Shown here one piece after another: positions 1 through 10,041 of a DNA stretch of 64,000 nt. Both the position numbers and the translations under genes were made by a program. A model generated the notes under the pieces. The model worked only from the letters and a program-made list of their open reading frames with translations. It was not told where the DNA came from and searched no databases. Every line of letters begins with the position of its first letter. Position 1 is the stretch's first letter. This DNA comes from a virus. The DNA is taken from positions 1-64,000 of IMG/VR virus record IMGVR_UViG_3300041583_000345; one strand, 5' to 3'.

Positions 1-234
1 ATACTCCCTAGCAGGACCATCTTCTCTATGAAGTTTATTATTAATGTAGTAACATTTATATCCGTCTGCATGTTCTACAGCAGGTCCATCTTCTCTATGA
101 CGCTTACCATTAATGTAGTAAGATTTATGTCCGTTTTTAAGCTCTATAGCAGGACCATCTTCTCTATGAAGATTACCTTCTAAGTTGTACCATCCAGTTC
201 TGTCACTATATATCTTTACTTTGTATTCTTTCAT
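1..234 (-). CDS. HREDGPA 23-aa repeat protein (MORN-variant-like), truncated by window start
   Basis: Manual translation from ATG at 234: MKEYKVKIYSDRTGWYNLEGNLHREDGPAIELKNGHKSYYINGKRHREDGPA...; paralog of the four ORFs at 768-2036; absent from the ORF track. Confidence 0.85.
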   Translation of the reverse strand, partial: MKEYKVKIYSDRTGWYNLEGNLHREDGPAIELKNGHKSYYINGKRHREDGPAVEHADGYKCYYINNKLHREDGPAREY

Positions 235-247
235 AATCTTTTATTTA

Positions 248-730
248 TTAATCCCACCAATTTTGAATATTATGTTCTATATATTTCCAAAGAATGCGAT
301 GTGATTTTTTTTGTTTTGTATTTGATTCGTGAAAAAGGACTTGATTTAATTCTCTGATTTCATCTGCATTGTTCCAATATTCGTATTTATGCTTTAAATA
401 TCCTGAATCCTCTCCTTTACCGCTATCTTCAAATTCAAAATCATATACATCTTCACCGTAAATTTTTTCTATTTTAGATTGATATTCACATCCATAAAAA
501 TCATCGTAGACCTTATCTAATAGTCTAATTGTGGTTCTTATGCGTTGGGCTTTTATAAGAGAATCTAAACCATATGCTGTTTCGCCTTCTAAGGTAGTTG
601 CTAACCTTCCAAGTTGGTGTTTGAATAAATCTATTGCGGACATATAATCCCTATCGTATCCCTTCCAAATAATTGGGAGGAATGATAGGGTTCTTTTTAT
701 TTGTGTATATTTTCTTTTAAACCAGTACAT
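248..730 (-). CDS. hypothetical protein
   Basis: 160-aa ORF in the prevailing orientation; no recognised motif. Confidence 0.6.
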   Translation of the reverse strand: MYWFKRKYTQIKRTLSFLPIIWKGYDRDYMSAIDLFKHQLGRLATTLEGETAYGLDSLIKAQRIRTTIRLLDKVYDDFYGCEYQSKIEKIYGEDVYDFEFEDSGKGEDSGYLKHKYEYWNNADEIRELNQVLFHESNTKQKKSHRILWKYIEHNIQNWWD

Positions 731-767
731 TATTTATATAAATTTAATGTTTTTGAATTTCATAACT

Positions 768-1103
768 CTATACTTTAGATAGTTTATACTTTACTCCTTC
801 AATCTCTACAATCTTATTTTCACAAGATTTGTTTCTGTTATTGAATTCTTCTTCGGTTAAATATTCATCATTAATATAGTAAGCTTTATCTCCATTTGCA
901 AACTCAAGAGCAGGACCATCTTCTCTATGTAGCTTTCCATTAATGTAGTAACATTTATCTCCGTTTGCCCACTCTACAGCAGGTCCATCTTCTCTGTGGA
1001 GTTTACCTTCTAAGTTAAACCATTCTGTTCTGTTATTATATACCTTTACTTTGTATTCTTTCATAACTCTATACTTTAGATAGTTTATATTTAACTCCTT
1101 CAA
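768..1103 (-). CDS. HREDGPA repeat protein, 2 units (likely start MKEYKVKV at 1064)
   Basis: Two GKLHREDGPAxExANGxKxYYIN units and C-terminal KIVEIEGVKYKLSKV. Confidence 0.85.
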   Translation of the reverse strand: MKELNINYLKYRVMKEYKVKVYNNRTEWFNLEGKLHREDGPAVEWANGDKCYYINGKLHREDGPALEFANGDKAYYINDEYLTEEEFNNRNKSCENKIVEIEGVKYKLSKV

Positions 1104-1434
1104 TTTCTATAATCTTGTCTATGCAAGATTTGTTTCTATTGTCAAATTCTTCTTTGGTTATCTGTATATCATTAATGTAGTAATGTTTACTTCCATTTGC
1201 ATACTCCCTAGCAGGACCATCTTCTCTATGAAGTTTATTATTAATGTAGTAACATTTATATCCGTCTGCATGTTCTACAGCAGGTCCATCTTCTCTATGA
1301 CGCTTACCATTAATGTAGTAAGATTTACTACCATCTGCATATTTAACAGCAGGACCATCTTCTCTATGAAGTTTACCTTCTAAGTTAAACCATTTTGTAC
1401 TATTTTCTGTAACTTCTACTTTATATTCTTTCAT
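1069..1434 (-). CDS. HREDGPA repeat protein, 3 units
   Basis: Three 23-aa units; N- and C-caps shared with paralogs. Confidence 0.85.
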   Translation of the reverse strand: MKEYKVEVTENSTKWFNLEGKLHREDGPAVKYADGSKSYYINGKRHREDGPAVEHADGYKCYYINNKLHREDGPAREYANGSKHYYINDIQITKEEFDNRNKSCIDKIIEIEGVKYKLSKV

Positions 1435-1439
1435 AACCT

Positions 1440-1736
1440 CTATACCTTAGTTAGTTTATATTTAACTCCTTCAATCTCTACAATCTTATTTTCACAAGAT
1501 TTGTTTCTATTATTGAATTCTTCTTCGGTTAGGTACTTCCCGTTTATGTAGTATTCCTTACCTCCGCTTGCACCCTCAATAGCTGGCCCGTCCTTTCTGT
1601 GACGTACTCCGTTAATATAGTAAGACTTACTTCCGTCTGTATACTTTATAGCAGGTCCATCTTCTCTGTGGCGTTGACCTTCCAAGTTGTACCATTCTGT
1701 TCTGTCACTATATACCTTTACTTTATACTCTTTCAT
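1440..1736 (-). CDS. HREDGPA repeat protein, 2 units
   Basis: Same architecture as neighbours. Confidence 0.85.
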   Translation of the reverse strand: MKEYKVKVYSDRTEWYNLEGQRHREDGPAIKYTDGSKSYYINGVRHRKDGPAIEGASGGKEYYINGKYLTEEEFNNRNKSCENKIVEIEGVKYKLTKV

Positions 1737-1739
1737 GGC

Positions 1740-2036
1740 TTATACTTTAGATAATTTATATTTTACTCCTTCAATCTCTACAATCTTATTTTCACAAGAT
1801 TTGGTTCTGTTGTTGAATTCTTTTTTAGTTAGACACTTCCCGTTTATGTAGTAACATTTATATCCGTTTCTCCACTCCATAGCGGGACCATTTTCTCGGT
1901 GATGCTTTCCATTAATGTAGTAAGATTTATCTCCGTTTGCATACTCTACAGCAGGACCATCTTCTCTATGAAGTTTACCTTCTAAGTTAAACCATTTTGT
2001 ACTATTTTCTGTAACTTCTACTTTATACTCTACCAT
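1740..2036 (-). CDS. HREDGPA repeat protein, 2 units
   Basis: Same architecture as neighbours. Confidence 0.85.
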   Translation of the reverse strand: MVEYKVEVTENSTKWFNLEGKLHREDGPAVEYANGDKSYYINGKHHRENGPAMEWRNGYKCYYINGKCLTKKEFNNRTKSCENKIVEIEGVKYKLSKV

Positions 2037-2065
2037 AACTTTTATTTATTAATCCCACCGTTACA

Positions 2066-2893
2066 TTATATTAAAGAAGTTGCTAGTTTAAATAAGTCTT
2101 TATTAACCTGTATATCCTTTTCAAAGGATTTAATCTTACGAACCTTTCTTACTCTGGCTCCTTTTAAAGCTGCGTGAAAGTCTCCGTTAATAATCTTCTC
2201 CTGTATAACATTGAATACTGTCCAGAGGTCTTCTCCTTTGTCTTCCGATCTTTTTGGCTCTAAGATATCATTAATAGTCTCCTGATCGTATTCTAGAGTT
2301 TTAACTCCTGCTCTAATTAATAAAGCATCCAAGGCTAATTTATTTTTTTCTTCCGGAGTTAGTATTCTATCTCTCATATCATTCATTACCTCTACTCTGC
2401 TTGGTAGATCTTCTACCGCCTGTCTTACAACGTTTCTAAGCTCCTCAAAAGAATAACCTTTATGCTTTATCTTGAAATCAGAGAACTTCTCATCGGCAAT
2501 GACTAACCCATTGCTACACACCAATCTAAATATACCCACAGAGAACTTAAATGCCTGCATTCCATCGTGACTGTTTGTTAATATAATTCTTGGAAAAGCA
2601 TCATCCCCATCACTTGAAGTAATTTTGATGTCTGGGTTCTGAAAGGAAACCATGTGTTTTGAAAAGATAGTACTATCCCCTCTACCTTTACGTTGAGCTG
2701 CTGTAACTGGAAACCAGTTTAGCTTTGCTAAATCATCTATGATTGTTTCTGTATTTACAAATAAATACTTACCGCTAACATCGGGGTTAGTTGGAGCGGT
2801 GGCGAATACTAATGGCGACTGTTCTTTAATTTGTTCTTTTGTCAAATAAGAATCTAAACCTTTTCCGAATTTTGAAATAACATCTTGTAACAT
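2066..2893 (-). CDS. DUF932/DUF945 family protein
   Basis: IILTNSHDG..FKFSVGIFRLVCSNG motif; DLWTVFNVIQE. Confidence 0.8.
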   Translation of the reverse strand: MLQDVISKFGKGLDSYLTKEQIKEQSPLVFATAPTNPDVSGKYLFVNTETIIDDLAKLNWFPVTAAQRKGRGDSTIFSKHMVSFQNPDIKITSSDGDDAFPRIILTNSHDGMQAFKFSVGIFRLVCSNGLVIADEKFSDFKIKHKGYSFEELRNVVRQAVEDLPSRVEVMNDMRDRILTPEEKNKLALDALLIRAGVKTLEYDQETINDILEPKRSEDKGEDLWTVFNVIQEKIINGDFHAALKGARVRKVRKIKSFEKDIQVNKDLFKLATSLI

Positions 2894-2923
2894 ATAACTT
2901 TTATTTTAATTAATTAATATACC

Positions 2924-2956
2924 TTAATATAAGAAATATAAAGGTAAGTAACAACT
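2924..2956 (-). promoter_or_regulatory. Recurrent promoter GTTG-N16-TTCKTATMTT (Bacteroidota sigma70-like -33/-7)
   Basis: Same 16-nt spacing counted by hand at about 2924-2956, 5938-5970, 16198-16228, 18325-18356, 35916-35947, 48204-48236 and 53222-53254, always intergenic upstream of minus-strand genes; TAnnTTT(A/G) resembles the Bacteroidota TAnnTTTG -7 box. Confidence 0.8.
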
Positions 2957-4118
2957 ATAAAGTAAATTATTTTAGTCTCTTTACAAATTTATTTACTACT
3001 AACTCCTGGTACTCTAGTCCTAAGTGTTCTTTATCTTCTGCTAAGCTGTAATCCGATGCTTTACTATGTACTGTTAAATTAAAGATAGGAACTCTACCAT
3101 ACCTTTACTGCTTCTAGTAACTTCCAGGTATCTATTGCTTCATCTGATAGTTCTAATTGATGGTAGTGTTCCAGTGCTGAATTTAAAGCTTGTTGCCATT
3201 GGGATATAGGAAGAGATATCTCAAACATTTTATCAGCGTTTTCAAAACTAACCTCAAAAAGCAAAGCAGATCTTCTATTACTCTGCATAGCTTTTTCTAT
3301 CCCACTCACAATTGCATCAGTAACATTCTTTTTTTTATTACTAAATAGAGTTTCAAACTCAGCTGTATTTTTGAAATGTAATTTTGTCATTATTTTTTGC
3401 TTCCTGAAATATTCTTTAATTTAATCTGGATTGAACTATCAATAATTTTATTGGTATACTTGCTAGGTACCTGCTTATTAGTCCCCCACATAAAGACTGG
3501 TCCCAGATATTCACGTGTTACCATAGGAACTTCTACTGTACTAAGTCTAGTATATTCTGGTTCAGTAATTCTTCTTTCACCGTCAAAGGATCTAAAGTCT
3601 CTTCCGGTTACTCTATGCCAGCCAACTACTGGGTGGTTTATTTCTAAACTACCTGCTAAATTAAAATCATAGTATAGCTTTTCAGTTTCACCTCTTTTTT
3701 CTGCCATAACCTTTATTTTTTATCTTACATAAAGATACGAACTATTAAGCAAGGGGCATACCTTTTGGAGAAACTTTTTTACTTATTTCTAAAAGTAATT
3801 CAGCTTCATTTTTAAACATTTCATCCTCTATTCTTTGCCTATCCTCACTTATAGCGCTTTTCATTATATTTTGTATACTGGTGGAGAATCTGCCACTAAT
3901 ATCGTTTGTATAATAAAATTTATGGTTTGTAATTTTTATTGTACTATCCGTTATAAGTACGAAATAGTTTAATTCTTTATTATCAATATAATAATGCTCC
4001 CTTAAAGGGTCCATCAGTAACTTAGTTTTAGGGTGTTGTAGTAGGTTACTTATAATAAATTTTAATTGTATCTCTTTTGGAGTGGGTGGGTATTTTGAAA
4101 ATATTGATCTCATATTAT

Positions 4119-4682
4119 TTAAAATTTAGATTTAAGATTTTCTTTTTTAACTATGTTTTTTAGTTTAGTAACATATTTTGGATCCTCAGCATAATTTTGA
4201 GATAGGTAATCATAGTACTGAGATTCTAGTCTTATTTTATTTAGATAGGCGTTGGTAAATAAAGCATAGTCATATAAGCTTTCCATCCAATTATCATATT
4301 GGGCATGTCCCATAGCTGTCCCATTTGCTGTAGTAGACCTAGCTCTGGCTTGTTTCATGCCAAATAAGTTATTAGCGTATGTAAATGATTTTGAAGAGAA
4401 ATTTCCAGTTTCTAATTTTGCTTGAGCTAAAACAATATGTGGGAATCTAAAGTTTAAATTTTCTATTCTTTGAATTAGTTTTTCTTCTGTAAATTGGTTA
4501 AAATCCCCTAGGATTATTAATTTCTCTTCATATGTTAAATTATCTACTCTTGCTCTATCTACTGCTGATTTTAATCCTAAAATTGCTATTAAAACAATTA
4601 ATACCATAGAACCTTTAAATAGTGCTTCACCAAATTTTAATTTAGTGTAGATTAATAAATTTTTATTATACCTGTATAGCAT
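4119..4682 (-). CDS. glucosaminidase-domain peptidoglycan hydrolase with N-terminal TM segment
   Basis: VLAQAKLETG...NNLFGMK motif; hydrophobic N-terminus. Confidence 0.8.
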   Translation of the reverse strand: MLYRYNKNLLIYTKLKFGEALFKGSMVLIVLIAILGLKSAVDRARVDNLTYEEKLIILGDFNQFTEEKLIQRIENLNFRFPHIVLAQAKLETGNFSSKSFTYANNLFGMKQARARSTTANGTAMGHAQYDNWMESLYDYALFTNAYLNKIRLESQYYDYLSQNYAEDPKYVTKLKNIVKKENLKSKF

Positions 4683-4901
4683 ATTAATGTGATTTAAGTT
4701 AATACTAACAAAGATAAGAACTATAATTCAAACAACCTACTAAAATAGGTCGAAAAATGAGATATCTATTGTTTTATCACGTAGTTTTTCATTACGTTCA
4801 TGTAGTCTGACTAGATCGTCAGCTACTTTTCTCTCTAAAGATTTATGTTTTTTAAAAGTTGAAAGCTTTGCTGTTTTCGTCTTTTTCATACATATACATA
4901 G

Positions 4902-5534
4902 TTATTGTCTTGAGATGTACTCTTCCCCGGGACGTTTTTCTTCCTCATATAGTCCCAAGTCTTTAAGATGCTCTATCATATGTTCATCCATCTCCCAGGT
5001 AAATTGTTCTCCATCTTTATCAACGTAATCTTCCATTCTCTCTACTTCTTTATCCGAGATTGGTGATACAGCGTATAAAAATGCACAATTATAACAGAGA
5101 AACTCTAGATTATCTAAATGATAGTTTCTTTTATTACCATCTTTATGGTTAAGTATAATAGGTATTTTAGTATCCTGTACCCTTCTTTCGGCAAAGCCAC
5201 AGTGGTTACATTTCTCCTCAACTAAACATTCCTGTATTATTCGTAGCTTAACCTTCTGTGGATTAAAATGATCTATAGGTACTCTACCTTCTATAAGATC
5301 CATAAGAGGTGGTTCCTTTCCGCTATTGGTTAAGTGTTTAGGAATTCCTTTTCCGGCTTGATTCTTATGAACCTCAAGTAATGATTTACCTGATTCATCT
5401 TTATACAGCAAAGCGTATTTCTTAAAGTGAGGATAAGAGACATGAAGATATCTTGACGCTGCTTTATTTGAGCGAGTCATTTTTTGTGCCCGTAGGACGT
5501 CTTCCTTTGATAATATTTTGGTTGGTCTGGACAT
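4902..5534 (-). CDS. HNH-like zinc endonuclease domain protein
   Basis: CNHC...LNHKDGNKRNYHLDNLEFLCYNC. Confidence 0.7.
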   Translation of the reverse strand: MSRPTKILSKEDVLRAQKMTRSNKAASRYLHVSYPHFKKYALLYKDESGKSLLEVHKNQAGKGIPKHLTNSGKEPPLMDLIEGRVPIDHFNPQKVKLRIIQECLVEEKCNHCGFAERRVQDTKIPIILNHKDGNKRNYHLDNLEFLCYNCAFLYAVSPISDKEVERMEDYVDKDGEQFTWEMDEHMIEHLKDLGLYEEEKRPGEEYISRQ

Positions 5535-5912
5535 TTAGTAATCTATACCTTGTATATGTGTTCCACTTTCTTCTTCTTCTTCGTCCTCTTCTTTATCCTT
5601 ATCCAAAACCTTAGTTGTAGCTTCTTTTACATCCTGAATAGTTTCAAAATCATCAGAGTCTAAGTCTAGAGCGTCTAGGAAGGTGTTTTGTCCTGCTATT
5701 TCTGCTGCTTTAATTGCAATTGCTCTAAATTGAGCTTGAGGCATAATAATAAGATCGTTGTAAGTATGGTCTCCTGTTCCCTCTAAGGTAGTTATACCCA
5801 CTACGGGTTCTATAGTAGAACAGTTAACACAGACGTGGTAATTATATTTAATTTTTCTTAATTCTGGAAAATCATTGCCGCATTTGGGGCATTCAATCAT
5901 TTTTAACTCCAT
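5535..5912 (-). CDS. C4 zinc-finger protein with acidic tail
   Basis: CPKC...CVNC; acidic C-terminus. Confidence 0.55.
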   Translation of the reverse strand: MELKMIECPKCGNDFPELRKIKYNYHVCVNCSTIEPVVGITTLEGTGDHTYNDLIIMPQAQFRAIAIKAAEIAGQNTFLDALDLDSDDFETIQDVKEATTKVLDKDKEEDEEEEESGTHIQGIDY

Positions 5913-6022
5913 ATAACCTTTTATTGATTTATTTTACTAAATATAAGAACTATTATTCAAGGAATCAACTTTATAGTGAGAAACTTTTACCGCAATTGTT
6001 ACATTCTCTTAGTTCCGTATTA

Positions 6023-6349
6023 TTACACGCCAAAAGATTCTCCACAACCACAAGTTCTACTTGCATTTGGATTAACAAATACAAACCCTTTTCCGTTTAA
6101 TCCTCCCACATAATCCAGCTCTGTACCTATTAAATACAAAAAGCTTTTTTTGTCAACGGCAATCTTTATTCCTTTGTCTTCAAAGATCTTGTCGGTTTCT
6201 GTAATAACATTATCAAATACGAGTTTGTAGGTAAGACCTGAACAACCACCACCTTCAACACCTACCCTAATAAAAGTTCCTTCGGGGCTGTTTTCGCTTG
6301 CTATTAAACTTAAAACATGTTGTTTTGCATTTTCTGATACTGTTATCAT
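6023..6349 (-). CDS. iscA: A-type Fe-S cluster carrier (IscA/SufA/ErpA, HesB family); likely start MITVSENAK
   Basis: GGGCSGL and terminal CGCGESF motifs. Confidence 0.93.
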   Translation of the reverse strand: MITVSENAKQHVLSLIASENSPEGTFIRVGVEGGGCSGLTYKLVFDNVITETDKIFEDKGIKIAVDKKSFLYLIGTELDYVGGLNGKGFVFVNPNASRTCGCGESFGV

Positions 6350-6967
6350 TTTGTCTTCTATAACTCCCATTCCATGGGTATGTTTACTATTTAATAAATT
6401 TTGAAATAACATTCCAGACATCTTCTGGTTTCTTAAATTTGACTATCTCTTCTTTTTTACCTACATCAATAGTTATTGTTCCGTCCCATTCCTTGTCCGG
6501 TACCAACTGGTAGAGGTACATCTGTATAAGGGCAAGTTGCTCTTTTGTAAAATGCATCTTCATTAGATTTTCTATAACTGCAAAGAATTGTTCTTCATAT
6601 TGAGTCATATCCATTCCAATCTCTTCTTCCATGAAGTCTCTTCGCTCTTCTATTTGACGCATTTGGTTAAGAACCTCTATGAATAGCTTTTTGTTCATAT
6701 AATCTTGGTTTGGTTCTTTTTGTTTAATCCTATACCCTAACGGATATACGGAATGTAATACTTGTCGGATTTTCTTTCTAGGGTCTACCATGTCTGTTCA
6801 ACTACTTCAAATATTTTAGTAAACTCATGTACCGGAAGATCTTTAAACTTAGCAAAGGTTTCTACTGCTTCATCGTGCGAGCTTGATGCCCAGGTCATAA
6901 TAGTTTCTTTTGTAGGGTCTACTTTACTAAAATATGAATATGCGTTCATAAGCTAAAAGATTGTACG

Positions 6968-7342
6968 TTACATTTCTTCTTCGGATGGTACTTCGTTTTG
7001 GTCAGGATTCTCTCCTGCTAAAGCTTTTCTAATAATTCTATCGAAATATTCAATGTATATAAAGAAACCTATAATAGTTTTATCTTTTAAGTTTCTATCT
7101 CTTTCTACCCTCATATCAAATTCTCCTAATCCTTTTTCAAGTCTAGTTTCTAATTCGATTGCAATATCGTTTTGTTGGGTAGTGGTGATCTGTCCAAACT
7201 GTGTTGGGATGAATTGAACTTTAACTCCTTTCTTCTGAGGGTCCTCATTCGTATCTACTTTTAACATAAACTCATGTCCTGAGAATTTAATCTTAGCGGC
7301 TTCTGTTAAAACTTCTTTTACTAGTTTTTCTAATTGTTTCAT
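6968..7342 (-). CDS. hypothetical protein, possible virion protein
   Basis: 124-aa ORF; N-terminus MKQLEKLVKEVLTE. Confidence 0.55.
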   Translation of the reverse strand: MKQLEKLVKEVLTEAAKIKFSGHEFMLKVDTNEDPQKKGVKVQFIPTQFGQITTTQQNDIAIELETRLEKGLGEFDMRVERDRNLKDKTIIGFFIYIEYFDRIIRKALAGENPDQNEVPSEEEM

Positions 7343-7562
7343 ATCTTAAATATAAGAAAAGTATTTCGGGTATACAAATAAATAGTTAACCAAACAACAT
7401 TTTTTTACTCTTTAATGTTCTTTCGTTAATAATTTCATACTCTACTACCTCTCTATTCCTACTAAACTGTTTAATACACCAGTCAATTTTGTCAGTTAAA
7501 AACTCAATTTCTTCTTTTTTTCCGTTTAAGAGTGTAAACTCTACAATGTATTTTTTCATAAT

Positions 7563-8318
7563 CTACCGTTTTGTTAAATCTTCTTTTAATTTTTCTGATG
7601 GTTTTGGTACTGTGAAGAATAGGGTTGATTTGGGTAGAGGTAAATTTCCTTTATGTGCGGTATAAGACTCTTGTATAGTTAATATACCTTCATCCCCTTG
7701 GTCTCTCCTAGTCTTTACAATATATGGTACACATATCTGATCTCTTATACTTCCGTTAGAGAGCTCTGCATACACGCTAGTGCTTAATTCATTAGCTTCT
7801 TTATTATTTTTTCTGAGTAGTATTGCTGTTTCGTAGTGATCGTAGTTATATGGCATTCCGTTTTCATAATACCTTTCAAGCTGTCTATTAACAATAGATG
7901 GTTTATCGTTATTATATACATACGAAGTTACCATCCCCTCCACGTACACGCTTTGTAAATCTGCATGGTGATGAATAGCTGTATGGTATTTATCCCCCAG
8001 GTAGTGTTTTACTATAGCTTTAGGTTCAACTGTGAAATAGCACGGTGAATCCATCCAAATAGTATGAGTATGTTCCGGTAGAAATGCCTTTGTAGGGTTC
8101 CATTTTAAGAACCTAGACATCATCCTAAAGGACTTATCATTATGTTTCTCCAAAATATTTACATCCCAAAAGTCTGATGTTATATCTTTCCTGTTTGTAA
8201 ATGCAATATATTCTACATCTTCTTTATCATGAACAAAAGGAAAAAAGTTTCCTACCTCTTTTAAAGGGAGACTTTCATCTGCAAAGAGTGCTGTATAAAC
8301 TATTAATTTTAACTTCAT
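7563..8318 (-). CDS. DUF616-like glycosyltransferase
   Basis: VYTALF..., YIAFTN, SRFLKW, IWMDS, RDQICVPY pattern. Confidence 0.65.
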   Translation of the reverse strand: MKLKLIVYTALFADESLPLKEVGNFFPFVHDKEDVEYIAFTNRKDITSDFWDVNILEKHNDKSFRMMSRFLKWNPTKAFLPEHTHTIWMDSPCYFTVEPKAIVKHYLGDKYHTAIHHHADLQSVYVEGMVTSYVYNNDKPSIVNRQLERYYENGMPYNYDHYETAILLRKNNKEANELSTSVYAELSNGSIRDQICVPYIVKTRRDQGDEGILTIQESYTAHKGNLPLPKSTLFFTVPKPSEKLKEDLTKR

Positions 8319-8332
8319 ACTTTTTTACTTAT

Positions 8333-9058
8333 CTATATAGACTCTACTCTATCTATAACCTTTGTATAACCCTGTTTCATTAATTCTCTTGAAATCTCAT
8401 TCCGTAAAGATGCGTGGTTATTCTTCCAGTGGGATGCATTTTGGTCATTACCGTATTGCATACCTTTTATACTGCCCCATTCTTCTTGATTGTCAACTGT
8501 GTGAGGGGGTACCGCTGTTTTAATTCCGCCGTACATGTAGCTAAATCCTGAAAGTTGTATATCTTCTCCGTTCTCCCATGATATAGGATCTTGGTACCAT
8601 AAGTACTTTAAAGTGGATCTCTTCATAAACCATGAATGTCCTACTAAATCTACATACTCTAACTTGGAACTCTTAGTCCCGTTCCATCCATATTTTTCAA
8701 GAGGATCGTATGCGTCTCCTAAGAACTTAACTCCTGTTGAGCCTAAAATTAGATCCTCTTTACAGTGTTTAAGACAGGATTCGAACCACTTAGGTCCTGG
8801 TATAGTATCGTCATCAAAAAAAGCTACGTACTCTGTTTTAGCAAGTAGTCCATAAGCAAATCTAGCGTGAAATTTAAAGTTAGCATTACTGTAGGCAACT
8901 GTAGTACCTAAACTGTCTAAATTGTACTGTTCACCTTGTTCTGGTTTATTTGACCATATCATTATATCCTGTGCAGGAACTGTTTGACTTTTTATAGCCT
9001 CAATCTGTTCCTTTAAGTACTCAGGTCTTTTATAACAGTTTAATATAACTGTAATCAT
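8333..9058 (-). CDS. glycosyltransferase family 2
   Basis: ITVILNCYKRPEYL...; FFDDD motif. Confidence 0.85.
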   Translation of the reverse strand: MITVILNCYKRPEYLKEQIEAIKSQTVPAQDIMIWSNKPEQGEQYNLDSLGTTVAYSNANFKFHARFAYGLLAKTEYVAFFDDDTIPGPKWFESCLKHCKEDLILGSTGVKFLGDAYDPLEKYGWNGTKSSKLEYVDLVGHSWFMKRSTLKYLWYQDPISWENGEDIQLSGFSYMYGGIKTAVPPHTVDNQEEWGSIKGMQYGNDQNASHWKNNHASLRNEISRELMKQGYTKVIDRVESI

Positions 9059-10041
9059 ATTAACTCTTTAATTAATTTACTGGTATTTCCTTCTCCATAT
9101 GGACACTTAATATCAATATAGTAATTATTTATTAATTCTCCAAATAATTCCCGTAATTGTTCTGGTGTGTGACATAGATAAAGGTGTCCTGTCTCTATTC
9201 CTTCAGGTCTTTCTGTTACACTTCTACACACTATCACTTTTTTATTAAAGAATGTACCTTCTTCCTGAACTCCTCCACTATCTGTTATTATTAATTTAGA
9301 TTCTAACATTATTTCCAGTAGTTCATTGTGGGGTAAAGAGGGTACTACTGTAACGTGTTTCAATAGATACTTATGTTTCTGTATTTCCGGGTGGTGGTGT
9401 AGTGGTAGTATGAAATCTAACTCTCTGTTCTGCTCAGCTAATTTGTCTATCTCTTCAAACCACTTATCTATCCACCTATGGTTCTCCCACCGGTGTAGAG
9501 TTACTAATACCTTATTACCATAAATTGCTTTACCTTTAAGAGGTAAGAGAGTATCCAGTATAGAGTTACCCACAGTATGTACCACTCCTCTTACCTTTTC
9601 CTCTTTTAAATTTTGAGCTGATACTTCTGTAGGTGCTAAGTTTATATCAGCTATTCTAGATATCATCTGTCGATAACCTTCTTCAGGGTAGGGGTGGTTA
9701 AGGTCATGAGATCTTAATCCTGCCTCTAAATGTATTATTTTTTTCTTTCTACTAAATGCTGCTAAAGCGCATGCTAAAGCAGATACTGTATCACCATGTA
9801 CTAAAACTGTATCATAATCTCCGTCTGGAAATTGTATTAAGCAGTCACTTATTATTTGATCTAATCTATTAGTTTGATTTCCTATTTCTATATGGTAATC
9901 TACTTCTATGTCGTTTAATAAATCTTTATGTTGTCCTGTAAATAGAAGCTGACAGTTATCTAGTGTCTCTACTAACGGTTTTACTTTTAACCATTCAGGT
10001 CTTGTTCCAAAACATATTAAAATCTTATTTACCATATACAT
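9055..10041 (-). CDS. wecB: UDP-N-acetylglucosamine 2-epimerase (non-hydrolysing)
   Basis: FGTRPE, TGQH, HGDT, HLEAGLRS, PEEGYR, TDSGGVQEEG motifs. Confidence 0.95.
   Translation of the reverse strand: MYMVNKILICFGTRPEWLKVKPLVETLDNCQLLFTGQHKDLLNDIEVDYHIEIGNQTNRLDQIISDCLIQFPDGDYDTVLVHGDTVSALACALAAFSRKKKIIHLEAGLRSHDLNHPYPEEGYRQMISRIADINLAPTEVSAQNLKEEKVRGVVHTVGNSILDTLLPLKGKAIYGNKVLVTLHRWENHRWIDKWFEEIDKLAEQNRELDFILPLHHHPEIQKHKYLLKHVTVVPSLPHNELLEIMLESKLIITDSGGVQEEGTFFNKKVIVCRSVTERPEGIETGHLYLCHTPEQLRELFGELINNYYIDIKCPYGEGNTSKLIKELI

Noticed and set aside
1-2036. CRISPR-like periodic repeats (69-bp period here, 60-bp period at 48.3-51.3 kb)
   Set aside because: Periods are multiples of three, lie inside open frames and have no unique spacers; no cas genes. 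The PD-(D/E)XK gene at 14993 is a stand-alone exonuclease
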